Positions 63,680 to 64,000 of a DNA stretch of 64,000 nt are shown piece after piece. Numbering within the stretch: the first letter of the stretch is position 1; the number at the start of each line of letters is the position of its first letter. The DNA comes from Archaeoglobales archaeon (lineage in GTDB: Archaea > Halobacteriota > Archaeoglobi > Archaeoglobales > Archaeoglobaceae), in contig JARQZL010000016.1 in assembly GCA_029984855.1 (NCBI GenBank), positions 1,482 to 65,481 of the forward strand. Direction: 5' to 3'. The notes below the pieces were generated by a model. That model ran no database searches, was not told the DNA's origin, and saw only the letters and a list, made by a program, of their open reading frames with translations. The position numbers and the translations under genes were made by a program.

Positions 63680-64000
63680 GGTGGTGTCAAAATAAGAAAA
63701 AATAAATAACCAAGATACAACTTATGCAACCCCCACTCAAGCAATTGGTAGACTACGTTAAGTCTACAAAAGTCTTTCGGAGGAACAAGAAAGATGTGGA
63801 ACTAAAGATATTAGCGGCTCTATTATACTTCTTTGGTCTCTCTTTAAGGAAAACGAGCGATTTCCTTTCTCTTTTTGAAGAAATAAGTCACGAATCAGTC
63901 AGAATATACTACCACAGACTCAAAACAGTCTTAAAGCCTCCTAAAAAGAAGAAAAGAAGGTTAATAGCGATAGATGAAACAAAGATAAAACTGGAAAGGA
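63680..64000 (+). mobile_element. Left end of an IS6-family-like insertion sequence (continues past the right edge)
   Basis: The candidate terminal repeat GGTGGTGTCAAAATAAG at 63680-63696 resembles the GG-N2-TGT-N-CAAA ends of IS6/IS26-type elements. The transposase ORF starts 28 nt after the end of this repeat. Confidence 0.5.
63724..64000 (+). CDS. IS6-family-like transposase, N-terminal 92 codons (open at the window edge)
   Basis: Hand translation gives MQPPLKQLVDYVKSTKVFRRNKKDVELKILAALLYFFGLSLRKTSDFLSLFEEISHESVRIYYHRLKTVLKPPKKKKRRLIAIDETKIKLER. This shows an HTH region followed by the first catalytic Asp context (AIDETKIK) typical of archaeal IS6 transposases. Confidence 0.65.
   Translation, partial: MQPPLKQLVDYVKSTKVFRRNKKDVELKILAALLYFFGLSLRKTSDFLSLFEEISHESVRIYYHRLKTVLKPPKKKKRRLIAIDETKIKLER

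Overview
This is a densely coding euryarchaeal chromosome segment. All product calls come from motif and architecture recognition only; no searches were possible. The gene content suggests Archaeoglobales (inference): an AF1521-type macro-domain protein, a DUF835 sensor, MvhD/Flx-type redox genes, CooC, a tRNA without encoded CCA, and TATA-like boxes 25-45 nt upstream of starts. I support about 60 protein genes, one tRNA-Ser(CGA), no rRNA and no CRISPR array.

Most of the window is housekeeping. That includes purC-carA-carB-larB, mtaD/ade/hpt/glyA purine and C1 salvage, XPD, glmM, pyrF, dapF, ribD-type reductase, ppaC, paaK+ACT, an NFACT/RqcH homologue and rtcA.

The best candidate for an undescribed system is a tightly overlapped minus-strand four-gene operon at 59347-63545. 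It encodes an enlarged MoxR-type AAA+ ATPase with a CX9CX2CX6C cluster, a VWA/MIDAS protein, and two paralogous proteins that each fuse a private helical N-domain to a FwdC/GltB3-type GXGXG beta-helix. An IS6-like element abuts it at the right edge, and it lies convergent with a Flx-like (MvhD + 2 Fe-S + FAD/2Fe-2S) module.

Other points of interest:
- A second MoxR(RavA-like)/VWA(ViaA-like)/YkgJ operon sits head-to-head with XPD.
- A 690-bp extremely AT-rich spacer has a central G-tract island (origin or regulatory candidate).
- A 24-bp perfect inverted repeat carries a TATA box plus a GCTGG-N5-GCTGG motif in front of two nuclease-like genes 28.5 kb apart.
- A HAMP-3xPAS-DUF835-wHTH sensor lies between two YeiH-family transporter paralogues.
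- A decaying island of secreted-protein genes spans 47.7-50.6 kb.
- At least five genes need one or two frame changes to be read. This is either real decay or indel-type sequence errors.
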